Assembly: GCA_025340205.1 (NCBI GenBank)
Contig: CP006868.1
Span: 1,230,001-1,262,000, forward strand
Source of the DNA: Ignicoccus pacificus DSM 13166
Lineage (GTDB): Archaea; Thermoproteota; Thermoprotei_A; Sulfolobales; Ignicoccaceae
Direction: 5' to 3'
DNA: 32,000 nt
In this document: positions 8,323-16,690 of the stretch, piece after piece
Layout of the letters: every line of letters starts with the position of its first letter
How positions within the stretch are numbered: the first letter of the stretch is position 1
The notes under the pieces: model-generated
Seen by the model: the letters and a program-made list of their open reading frames with translations, nothing else
Database searches by the model: none
What the model was told of the DNA's origin: nothing
Program-made: the position numbers and the translations under genes

Positions 8323-8332
8323 CTTTTATGAA
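8323..8332 (-). promoter_or_regulatory. TATA-box-like element (TTCATAAAAG) for the 786-aa gene
   Basis: Lies 28 nt upstream of the ATG at 8294. It has the same ATTCATAAA core and spacing as the box at 5764-5773. Confidence 0.45.
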
Positions 8333-8703
8333 TGTTATGATTTGAGAATAAGAGAAGTTTAAATTACAGGCTCTTAAGCCTATTCAATAACGACCTAACC
8401 CCATACCACCGTACCTACCATTTGGAGTATATATAGTATATATTATGAAGCAAATACTATTTCTGAACGTGGTCTACCTCCTTTACTTGACATATTCTTT
8501 AAGTAATTATAAACAATTTTACTCTTGGTGATTATGCAACATTCTGAATTTAAAAGAAATAGGATCTTGTATTACTTAAAAAATTTCTTAAACCTGAATT
8601 TTGTGTAGTTGTAAAATTCGGCTCACGGAATTTTGGGATTCCTCCAAAGTATAGAAAATTTATAAATTCTTTAAAAGAGATAAGGGATTAGGGTGATAAA
8701 GAA

Positions 8704-9252
8704 ATGTTCTCTAAGCAGTTCATCGAGGAGCTAATAGAAGGTATCGACTTAGTTTCACTCTCCTTAGTAGGAAGTGCGAGAAGATCGAAGAGAACAAGAG
8801 ATATTGACTTAGTTGTTATAACAAAGAACGAAATCTCTAGAAAAAAGATAGAAAGTAAAGCGATATCGCTAGGGGTACAAATCTTTCGACCTGACGTGAC
8901 AAGTAATACGTTCTATCCTCTCAAAGAAAGAAACAATATTAACTTAAAGATATTCACCCTCGATGAGTTCAGGAAAATCAAACACGTCCACATGGATAAC
9001 CTAAGGATAGTGTGGAGCCTCCAAGAGGTCAACCTAGCCGGCAAACCCTTAGCTGAACTAGTTAAGCCCTCCTTCCCCAAGAGCTTGAAGGACAAAGCTG
9101 CCGAGCTGAAGGGTCTGAGAAGGAAAGAGCTCTTCTGGGTTCTCGGTACCCAGCTACTAATGGAGGGAACCATGAAGCTTGAGGAGCTCGAGGACTTATC
9201 TAAGGACTTGAAGAGAGGCTTCCAAGTTCTTGCCGAGTACGGCGTTAACTAA
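8704..9252 (+). CDS. Nucleotidyltransferase-domain protein (Pol-beta/minimal NTase fold)
   Basis: The motif LVGSARRSKRTRDIDLVVI matches the hG[GS]-x(8-13)-DhDh signature of minimal nucleotidyltransferases. ATG start. Transcribed divergently from the 786-aa gene across a roughly 400-nt AT-rich spacer. Confidence 0.65.
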   Translation: MFSKQFIEELIEGIDLVSLSLVGSARRSKRTRDIDLVVITKNEISRKKIESKAISLGVQIFRPDVTSNTFYPLKERNNINLKIFTLDEFRKIKHVHMDNLRIVWSLQEVNLAGKPLAELVKPSFPKSLKDKAAELKGLRRKELFWVLGTQLLMEGTMKLEELEDLSKDLKRGFQVLAEYGVN

Positions 9253-9307
9253 GTTCAGCACGCTGGAGATAGATTTTTAGCTGCACGATAACAGCCAGAG
9301 GTCGGGG

Positions 9308-9408
9308 GCCGCCGTAGCTCAGCCGGCAGAGCGCCGGCCTTGTAGCGTCTCTCGGTCCTTGCGCGGGAAAGCCGGTGGTCGCGGGTTCAAGTCCCGCCGG
9401 CGGCTCCA
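9308..9408 (+). tRNA. tRNA-Thr (anticodon UGU) with a roughly 25-nt intron at the canonical 37/38 position and an encoded CCA
   Basis: Hand-folded. Acceptor GCCGCCG/CGGCGGC. D-arm GCTC-AGCCGGCA-GAGC. Anticodon stem CCGGC/GCCGG with loop CU-UGU-A, interrupted at 9345-9369. Variable loop TGGTC. T-arm GCGGG-TTCAAGT-CCCGC. Discriminator U, then CCA. Confidence 0.85.
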
Positions 9409-9626
9409 CTCCTCCTCAATGAAGACTCCTTGGCCGTTGACACCTGGGATGAAGAGAGGTCATGGGGACTGAGGGTCTCCATTGAAGAAAACTCGGTATA
9501 GTTAACTCGTACAGAAGGTTTGGCTCTACCACAAACCGTTTCGATCAAGATCTACAAGGGCTCTTGGAAAATGCTTTACCTTTTATTAGCTCTAGTAAAG
9601 AAAAAGCCTGACTATAGATAGAGGTA

Positions 9627-9992
9627 TCAAGAGGGGAGGCAACCATACTCAAAAATGAGATCTAGTATTAACTCTACTATCCTTTCGAAGAACTTAGCGA
9701 GGGCATCCTCGTTAAAGTCGTTCACTATCAGCTTTTCCCATAGCTCTTGCAGAGACACTGCGACGTCGTGTATCCTCTCTATCACTTCCTCGGGCAGTTC
9801 CTCTGGTTCATCGCAAACTGGGACTAACTCACCCGCGATCTCTAGAAATACTCCGAAGTCAACTGAAGGAGCTCCCGTCCAAGAGGTCTCCAACAGTCGG
9901 AAGTGTAGCTCTTCAGCCTTCTTGGCGGCGAAATCGACCCATTGGTCTATATCTGCTTCTTTTCCTTCAGGGGCGTTCTTCCCCACCATCAT
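9627..9992 (-). CDS. Small acidic hypothetical protein, paralog A (121 aa)
   Basis: Clear similarity to the ORF at 10400-10708: ETSWTG vs NTEWTG, and LQELWEKLIVNDFNEDALAKFFERIVELILDL vs IQGEWEKVIESEFNEDVMAQWFENIINYLLNL. Confidence 0.6.
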   Translation of the reverse strand: MMVGKNAPEGKEADIDQWVDFAAKKAEELHFRLLETSWTGAPSVDFGVFLEIAGELVPVCDEPEELPEEVIERIHDVAVSLQELWEKLIVNDFNEDALAKFFERIVELILDLIFEYGCLPS

Positions 9993-10399
9993 TCCGCACC
10001 AAGTAATACTATCACCCTTCTCTTATAAAGATTATATCGGATTGAGTATATTCATTATATCTAATTGGTAAAAAATATAATTACTAAATATGGGAATTTT
10101 AGAATATATTAATGCACAAACCGGATTATGTTGAAAATGCAGCACCATCAACTTTAGAAGGTGACAGAATGAGATCCTCAGAAAGCTCTCCCCCAGAAAA
10201 TTTCGGTAGAAGGAATTTTGGGGAGAAGGAAAATTTCTGGGTAGTAATACTGTAAAAGCTAAGGACCCCCTATCCCGCACTAAAAGTTGGTCGAAGAACA
10301 AGGAAGGAGTAAGTAGCTAAACGTAATACGAAGAGTTATCAAGGAAACGTTACTCAAATAAAAGAAAAAGAGAAGGATGAAAAAAGTATCATATGGGTA

Positions 10400-10708
10400 T
10401 CATATGTCTTCCAAGTTAAGTAGGTAATTTATGATGTTTTCGAACCATTGTGCCATTACATCTTCATTGAACTCGCTCTCAATTACCTTCTCCCACTCTC
10501 CTTGAATTAGTTCAGCAAGACCATAAGCTTTCTTTACAAGCTTCTCAGAGAGCTCTCCAGAGGGCGGGCGGTAGATCTTAACTATCATTGGAATGGCAAT
10601 GTCATTAACTATCCTTATGAAGTCTTGTGCGGTTCCTGTCCACTCAGTATTAACGAGCGAAGACCACGCTTCTTCCACTATGAGGCCTAGCTCCTCTGCA
10701 CTAACCAT
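10400..10708 (-). CDS. Small acidic hypothetical protein, paralog B (102 aa)
   Basis: Paralog of 9627-9992 on the same strand, separated from it by about 400 nt of AT-rich non-coding sequence. Confidence 0.6.
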   Translation of the reverse strand: MVSAEELGLIVEEAWSSLVNTEWTGTAQDFIRIVNDIAIPMIVKIYRPPSGELSEKLVKKAYGLAELIQGEWEKVIESEFNEDVMAQWFENIINYLLNLEDI

Positions 10709-11025
10709 ATGGCATTACCCTGTATCTCATAACGAATTCTTCCTTATGAATCTTTCTTGGGCATTTAGTATTACCAATAATACAGCAATTTGAAAATAAC
10801 AATTTCAAAACTTGGGATCACTTGAAATACATCAAAGAGTTCTAGAGAGAGGCTGCAATTCTTTTAGCTGAAATCTCAAACGAAGAGAAGTCGAGGACGC
10901 TTGAAATTGCAGTAGCCACAAATTTGTTTTCAAGTAAAATCCATCCTACCGAATTTTGATAGGGAAGAATTCCTTGGATCTCCTGGGTTCATGAAAGGCT
11001 AACGCTTAAGAAAAAGAATTCAGAT

Positions 11026-11688
11026 GTGTGCACCCGGCGAAATGATATGGTGCAATTGGTATCTATTAACGTTGACGTAAAGCAGAAGTACCTTGATCAA
11101 GCTGAAATGCTTAGAAAGCTTTACGACTCTAAGGGAATAAAGGTCTTCGAGCTCCTGGGAAGCCCCGGCTCAGGAAAGACCGCCTTAGCGGAGGCAGTAA
11201 TCGATAGGATAAAGGACAAGTACAAGATCCTCTACTTCGGAGGAGACGTGGCTTCCACCTTAGATGCCGAAAGGGTAGCAAAGCACGGGATAGAGGCGGT
11301 AGAGATAAACACCGGAGGCATATGCCATCTCGAGCCTTCTCATGTAATGGAGGCCTTGAAGAACGTTGACTTGAGCAAGTACGATATAATGTTCATAGAA
11401 AACGTCGGCAACCTCATCTGTCCCATAAACTTCCCTCTAGGAGCTCACAAGAGGATACTGGTAGTCTCAGTCGCCGAGGGAGAGGACAAGTTCGTGAAGC
11501 ATCCGATGAGCACCAAGGCTGCCGACGTGATAGTAATTAGCAAAGTTGACTTAGCGGACGCCATTGGAGTTGACGTTAAGAAGATGGAAGAAGATGCCAG
11601 GAAGCTCAATCCTAAGGCTCCGATAATCAAGGTCTCCGTCAAGACCGGAGAGGGAATAGATGAGCTGGTCAAGGCTCTAGGCCTTTAA
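11026..11688 (+). CDS. hypB: Hydrogenase nickel-incorporation GTPase HypB
   Basis: P-loop GSPGSGKTAL, the CH metal motif GGICHLE, ENVGNLICP and the G4-like SKVDL, at typical HypB length. The likely true start is the ATG at 11047 (MVQLVS...). Confidence 0.9.
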   Translation: MCTRRNDMVQLVSINVDVKQKYLDQAEMLRKLYDSKGIKVFELLGSPGSGKTALAEAVIDRIKDKYKILYFGGDVASTLDAERVAKHGIEAVEINTGGICHLEPSHVMEALKNVDLSKYDIMFIENVGNLICPINFPLGAHKRILVVSVAEGEDKFVKHPMSTKAADVIVISKVDLADAIGVDVKKMEEDARKLNPKAPIIKVSVKTGEGIDELVKALGL

Positions 11689-12238
11689 GCTCCTTCGTGA
11701 TTTCTTCTAGACATCTCATTATCTTAATTTGAATTTCATAGAAGCTATACCCCTCTTCATCGTACCTCCCGACCTTTATCCTGGCTCCCTCCACCTTCCT
11801 CCTCGGCCATTCCTTTCCCTTCTCACAAATGGTATCGATGACTCCCAGAACTTTGGCTACTAGGCATTCGGTAAGGGCTGAGTGCCCTACCTTTATCCCA
11901 CAAGATCCGTAGAAGTCTATGACGTAGAAGCCTTCTTGTCTAGCTATAGCTTGAAGGAGACCACTATTACCTCCGTGAGCGTTTACTACAACAAGGGCCC
12001 CTCCGAGCTTCTTTATGGATTCGTTGACATCCCTTAATACTGCTGAAAGCGTTTCTACCTTTAAGGATATAGATTCTTCCCACTCGAAGCTAGCTGAAAA
12101 TGGAATTGGCGGCAAAACATTACCTCCTACCCTCTCCGAGAGGATCTCCGCAATCTTGGCAGCTATCCTTGTGTCCAAGTCTTCCTCTAAGCCAGGATGA
12201 GGTTCCCAAGAGCCTATCGGGAGGAGGAAGAGCTTCAA
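11669..12238 (-). CDS. Creatininase-family (creatinine amidohydrolase/ArfB-like) protein, short form
   Basis: LPIGSWEPHPG and VVVNAHGGN match the family motifs PxGSxEQHG and NGHGGN with substitutions. The 3' end overlaps hypB by 20 nt (convergent). Confidence 0.6.
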   Translation of the reverse strand: MKLFLLPIGSWEPHPGLEEDLDTRIAAKIAEILSERVGGNVLPPIPFSASFEWEESISLKVETLSAVLRDVNESIKKLGGALVVVNAHGGNSGLLQAIARQEGFYVIDFYGSCGIKVGHSALTECLVAKVLGVIDTICEKGKEWPRRKVEGARIKVGRYDEEGYSFYEIQIKIMRCLEEITKELKGLEP

Positions 12239-12329
12239 ATCTCTCCCCGAAGGCTTGTACCTTGGGAGAGCTTATCCTCTGGGGCTATACGGATATATAC
12301 AGTACGAACAAGGGCGCTTGGGAAGAGAG

Positions 12330-13520
12330 ATGGAGGACGTTTACATTGTCTCTGCAGTTAGAACTCCTATAGGGAAGTTCCTCGGCTCCTTCTCCAAGAT
12401 CCCCGCTCCGGAGCTCTTGGCAATTGCAGCTAAGGAGGCAATGAAGAGGGCGAACGTTGAGCCCAAGGACGTGGACTTCTATGCATTTGGAAACGTGATC
12501 GGAGCTGCCGTCGGTCAGAACCCAGCTAGGAGGGCTGCCCTCCTAGCCGGCGTGCCTCCGGAGGTAGACGGCTACACGGTGAACATGGTCTGCTCCTCCG
12601 GAATGCTCTCCATAATAGACGCCATAAGGGCCTTCAGGGCCGGAGACGCTAAGATAGCCTTGGTGGGCGGAACTGAGAACATGACTAGGGCCCCTCTCTG
12701 CCTCCCTCAAGACGCTAGGACCGGTATAAAGCACCTAATAGGAAGGCAAGCAAACCTAATAGACACCATGGTTCTAGATGGCCTCACCGACGCTTGGAAC
12801 TGGAGGATAATGGGAGAGGAGGCTGACATGACTGCCAAGAAGTATGGGGCCAAGAGGGAGGAGCTGGACTGGATAGCCTACCAGAGCCACATGAAGGCTG
12901 CCAAAGCTACCGATGAGGGAATATTTGCAAGGGAAATAGTTCCCGTCGAGGTTAAGACGAGGAAGGGAACTGTCGTAGTCGACAAGGACGAGGGAATAAG
13001 GAGGGATACCAGCATTGAGAAGCTGGCTAAGCTTCCTCCAGCCTTCCTCCCCGACGGCGTCCACACCGCCGGAAACAGCTCCCAGCTGAGCGATGGGGCG
13101 GCTGCCTTGGTAGTCGCTCCTGAGAGCGTGGTGAATGAATACGGCCTCAAGCCGATAGCTAGGATACTGGGATATGACATAGTAGGCCTCAAGCCCGAGG
13201 ACTTCGTGGAAGCCCCCGTTCCTGGCATAAAGAGGATCTCTGAGAAGCTGGGAGTGAAGCCGGATGACTGGGACTTGTACGAGGTTAATGAAGCATTTGC
13301 CATAAGCCTCTGGCTACCTCATCACTTGCTTGGAATTCCATATGAGAGGATGAATGTCCACGGAGGAGCGATAGCTATAGGCCATCCCCTAGGAGCTTCT
13401 GGAGCGAGGATAGTGGTCACCTTGCTCAATGCACTACAAACTCACAACAAGAGCAGGGGAGTTGCTACCCTATGTCACGGAACTGGAGGAGGGACCACCA
13501 TAGCTGTGGAGCTAGTCTAA
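12330..13520 (+). CDS. Acetyl-CoA C-acetyltransferase (thiolase)
   Basis: VYIVSAVRTPIGKF, the active-site region NMVCSSGM, and C-terminal NVHGGAIAIGHPLGASG and LCHGTGGG. The start is placed at the internal ATG (MEDVYIV) rather than the track start at 12255. Confidence 0.9.
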   Translation: MEDVYIVSAVRTPIGKFLGSFSKIPAPELLAIAAKEAMKRANVEPKDVDFYAFGNVIGAAVGQNPARRAALLAGVPPEVDGYTVNMVCSSGMLSIIDAIRAFRAGDAKIALVGGTENMTRAPLCLPQDARTGIKHLIGRQANLIDTMVLDGLTDAWNWRIMGEEADMTAKKYGAKREELDWIAYQSHMKAAKATDEGIFAREIVPVEVKTRKGTVVVDKDEGIRRDTSIEKLAKLPPAFLPDGVHTAGNSSQLSDGAAALVVAPESVVNEYGLKPIARILGYDIVGLKPEDFVEAPVPGIKRISEKLGVKPDDWDLYEVNEAFAISLWLPHHLLGIPYERMNVHGGAIAIGHPLGASGARIVVTLLNALQTHNKSRGVATLCHGTGGGTTIAVELV

Positions 13521-13526
13521 GCAAAA

Positions 13527-16199
13527 TCATATTTTGGAGCTAAGTTCCTTGAGGAAGGCTTGCACCTCCTCCTCGCTCTTGCACACCGCCGTAGCCCTAG
13601 CCCCCTTTCCTCCTCCCTTACATATCCCTATTTGCCTTATCATCTTGCCTAAGCCTATATCTTTAGGAGCCGCTAGCTCCACTCTGTTCCCCACTATTAC
13701 AGCTGCTACGGAATCGGAGCTGAGCTCCCTCAGCACCTCTTGTGCTAACTCCGGATCCTCCAAGTCCATCTTCAGTACCTTGAGCTTTCCAAGGCTCTCA
13801 GCCTTCTTCACGTACAGCTCCTTTAAGGCCTTTCTATACTTATTGAGAAGCTCCCTTTCCTTCCTCTCCCTCTCCAGCAAGCTCTCAATTCTCTTTACGA
13901 GAGCACTCTTGTCTCCGCCCACCTTGCTCGCCGCTTCCTCCAAGGTCCTCTCCATCTCCTGAGCGACTTCTGCGACCCTTGTAGCAGCGACGTACTCGAG
14001 CCTCACCACACCGTCTTGTATCTTCCTAGTGGATATCACCTTGAGAGCCCCGACCTCTCCCGTATTTGCTAGATGAGTTCCAAAACATGCTTGGATGTCC
14101 CAGCCCTCTATCTCCACCAGCCTTATCTCCTTGTCCATAGGAACTCCTCCTTGATATATGGTGAACCAGTACTTGGCCTCAGCCTCGTTTCTAGGTAACG
14201 TGAAGGTCCTTACCTTTCTCCTCTCATCTATTATCTTGTTGGCCTCTCTCTCAATCGCCTCTATCTGCTCCTTAGTTAATGGCCTGTGATGGGTTATGTC
14301 CAGCCTGGCCTTCTCCGGGGTCTTCTCGGCTCCCGCTTGCCAAACGTGATCTCCCAAGACCTTCCTGGCAGCTGCTAGGATCACGTGGGTACCAGTGTGG
14401 TGCCTCATCAACCTATACCTCCTTATCCAGTCTATTTCCCCTACCACCAAGCTTCCCTTCTCTCCTTGGAATGGCTCGTTGAGAACGTGAACTATCACTC
14501 CTCCGACCTTCTGAACGTCCCTTACCTCATACTCCTTCTCTCCTTTGTAGATCTTCCCTCTGTCCGCCATCTGACCTCCTCCTTCAGGGTAGAAGGCCGT
14601 CTGATCGAGAACCAAGTAGTTATCCTTGTAGTCGATTACCCTGGCATCGAACCTCCTCATGTAAGGATCCTCGTGGAAGAGCCTCCTCGTCTCCGGAAGG
14701 CCCTTGGCCCACTCTATTATCTCTTTAGGTAGCTTGGCCTTCTCCTCCGCTCCCTTTACCCTTCTGACCTCTTTCTGGTGCCTAGAGGCTACCAAGGCGT
14801 AGAAGTTCCTGGGAACCTCCACCTTCACCCCAAGCCTCTCTCCTACCTCTTGGACCACCTCTGGGGGAATCCCGTGGCTGTCGTAGAGGGTGATTAGGTC
14901 ATCTAGTTCTATTTTCTTCTTCCTCTTCAATATCCTCTCGACCATCCTAGTTCCCTTCCTCAAAGCTTCCCTGAACTTGTTTTCCTCGTATTCAACGGCA
15001 TCCAAGATGTACTCCTTGTTCTTCCAAGCCCTTGGGTATTGGTCCTTCCAGTACTCGAGCTGCATCTTCACTAACTCCACTAGGGGAACCTCTGCCTTGA
15101 GCTTCCAAAGAGCTCTCAAGGCTCTCCTTATGACCAGCCTTGCGAGATATCCCTCGCCGGTGTTGGAGGGAACTATTCCGTCCCCCAACATCCACATTAT
15201 CGTTCTGGTATGATCGAGAACTTGGTAGACCAAGGAGGCCCTTTGGTGGAGCTCCCTTATCTCCTCAACGCTCATTCCCAAGTACTCGGAAGCCCTCTTG
15301 TAGGCCCTCTCTATGGTTTCCGGCTCGTCGGGATCCATGAGTCCAGCGGACCTCACCAAGGAGTAGAGGAGCTCCTCCGGAGGCTCTTCAACTCCCAGCT
15401 TCTCGTGGAAGCGCTTGAGCAAGTCGCCGTAAATGGCGTGGAAGGCCGTTGGAGTCTTCTGGGTGAACCAAGCTATCCTCTCTATTCCGTATCCCGTATC
15501 AACGACTTTGAGCTTCATGGGTATATATTCCTTCTTTCCGTTTTCCTTTACCTCATATTGCATGAAGACCAAGGTAGCCAGCTCCAAGCCCGCTATGGTC
15601 ACCTCGAAGGATGGTCCGGCGTTTCCTCCTCCCTCCCACCAGCTCTCCTTGAAGTTGATCAGCTCCTCTGGAATTCCCAGCCTTTCCGTGAAGAACTCGA
15701 AGGCTAGCCTTACTGTCTCCTCCTTCCAATAAACCTCCTTGTCCGGATAATTGAAAGCGTGATGTCCTCCCATCTCGAAGCCTGTCATGTGCCTTCCTAG
15801 AGTCAGGCCCACGTTGTCTATGTCCTCCAACCTTATGCAAGGCTGGGAGATGACTAGGGGATTTGCCGGGGGAGGCACTATTCCCTTGGTCACGTGAGGC
15901 TGGAAGACCACGATGCTCGCTATTGTTAGGAAGAGGTCGTCCCTCCACCTAGCCACGACGGGTCTGGGCTCGACTATGGTGTGACCGTGCTCCTCGAAGA
16001 ACTTGAGGAACTCTCTCCTCGCTTCCGGAAAGCTAAGTTTCCTCTTAGTGGGAACGTCAAAGAACTCGTACTCTTGGCAAGGAGCGTCTCCGCAGACCTC
16101 GTGCTCTCCCTTGGTCCAGAAGTAGGTTCCACACACCTTACACTTCTTCCTCTTGAAGCCGTTTTCCTCAAAGAACTTCAGGCGATACTCTTGCTCCAC
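13527..16199 (-). CDS. alaS: Alanine--tRNA ligase (archaeal type)
   Basis: 890 aa. N-terminal Zn-like CKVCGTYFW...CGDAPC, class II core, editing-domain motifs HTGTHVI and CFGTHL, and a C-terminal DHHA1-like tail. GTG start. Confidence 0.97.
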   Translation of the reverse strand: MEQEYRLKFFEENGFKRKKCKVCGTYFWTKGEHEVCGDAPCQEYEFFDVPTKRKLSFPEARREFLKFFEEHGHTIVEPRPVVARWRDDLFLTIASIVVFQPHVTKGIVPPPANPLVISQPCIRLEDIDNVGLTLGRHMTGFEMGGHHAFNYPDKEVYWKEETVRLAFEFFTERLGIPEELINFKESWWEGGGNAGPSFEVTIAGLELATLVFMQYEVKENGKKEYIPMKLKVVDTGYGIERIAWFTQKTPTAFHAIYGDLLKRFHEKLGVEEPPEELLYSLVRSAGLMDPDEPETIERAYKRASEYLGMSVEEIRELHQRASLVYQVLDHTRTIMWMLGDGIVPSNTGEGYLARLVIRRALRALWKLKAEVPLVELVKMQLEYWKDQYPRAWKNKEYILDAVEYEENKFREALRKGTRMVERILKRKKKIELDDLITLYDSHGIPPEVVQEVGERLGVKVEVPRNFYALVASRHQKEVRRVKGAEEKAKLPKEIIEWAKGLPETRRLFHEDPYMRRFDARVIDYKDNYLVLDQTAFYPEGGGQMADRGKIYKGEKEYEVRDVQKVGGVIVHVLNEPFQGEKGSLVVGEIDWIRRYRLMRHHTGTHVILAAARKVLGDHVWQAGAEKTPEKARLDITHHRPLTKEQIEAIEREANKIIDERRKVRTFTLPRNEAEAKYWFTIYQGGVPMDKEIRLVEIEGWDIQACFGTHLANTGEVGALKVISTRKIQDGVVRLEYVAATRVAEVAQEMERTLEEAASKVGGDKSALVKRIESLLERERKERELLNKYRKALKELYVKKAESLGKLKVLKMDLEDPELAQEVLRELSSDSVAAVIVGNRVELAAPKDIGLGKMIRQIGICKGGGKGARATAVCKSEEEVQAFLKELSSKI

Positions 16200-16301
16200 G
16201 ATGAGTCCCGAAGGGGGATAAGGGAAAGGGACTATGTACCTAAGCCGGCCAAGCTGTGGAGCATATTGAACTCTGTTCCTCCTTTACCTTAGGGTTTATG
16301 G

Positions 16302-16690
16302 ATGACCTCAGAGGTCTACGAGGCATTGTGGAGGAGAGCCAAGGTCCTCTTGAGGGAGGCGGAAAGGCTATTGAACGAAGGAGAATATGATCTAAGTCTA
16401 GTCATGTCCGAACAAGCGGCTCAGCTCGCCGTTAAGGCGGAAATATACATGCTTATCGGAGAAATCCCCAAAGGTCACAACTTGAGGAGGCTCCTCGGAT
16501 ATCTCGCTTCCTTAAGAGACGATGAGAGCTTAAAGGAGTTCGTCTCTAAAACCGAGATGTGTTAATTACGTTGGAGGAGGCCTATCTAGAAGGAAGATAC
16601 GCGGTCCCTTACTATACAAAGGAAGAGGCCGAGGAGGGATTGAGGATTGCAAGAGAACTACATAAAGCCCTTAGACAAGTTCATGGTTGA
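16302..16690 (+). pseudogene. HEPN-domain protein (toxin-type partner of the downstream MNT), interrupted by a frameshift near 16547-16565
   Basis: The 87-aa track ORF carries the HEPN N-terminal part (...EGEYDLSLVMSEQAAQLAVKAEIYMLIGEIPKGHNLRRLL...). The -1 frame continues with the expected C-terminal part NRDVLITLEEAYLEGRYAVPYYTKEEAEEGLRIARELHKAL and stops at 16688-16690. The switch falls at an AAAA run (16547-16550). Confidence 0.7.

Noticed and set aside
10032-10301. 89-aa minus-strand ORF between the two acidic paralogs.
   Set aside because: It lies in very AT-rich, spacer-like sequence. The peptide is Phe/Leu/Asn-rich and implausible, with no promoter-like box at the expected distance. 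It is more likely non-coding.
10851-10917. Imperfect inverted repeat GGCTGCAATTC ... GAAATTGCAGTAGCC, which briefly looked like a CRISPR-repeat remnant.
   Set aside because: Only one pair of arms is present, in inverted rather than direct orientation. There is no regular repeat-spacer periodicity and there are no cas genes. I cannot support a CRISPR call.
3290-11025. Search by eye for a duplicated segment of the tRNA-Thr (att site) or integrase fragments bounding the AT-rich region.
   Set aside because: No GC-rich tRNA-like segment or integrase-like ORF was spotted. A mobile-element call is therefore not made. A proper BLASTN of the tRNA halves is still needed.
13534-16292. Many 60-165-aa ORFs on the plus strand and in other minus frames inside alaS (for example 13534-13962, 14385-14732, 15210-15707, 15553-15948, 15981-16292).
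   Set aside because: They lie entirely within the strongly supported 890-aa AlaRS gene. They have Ser/Leu/Pro-rich shadow-frame composition and no independent signals.
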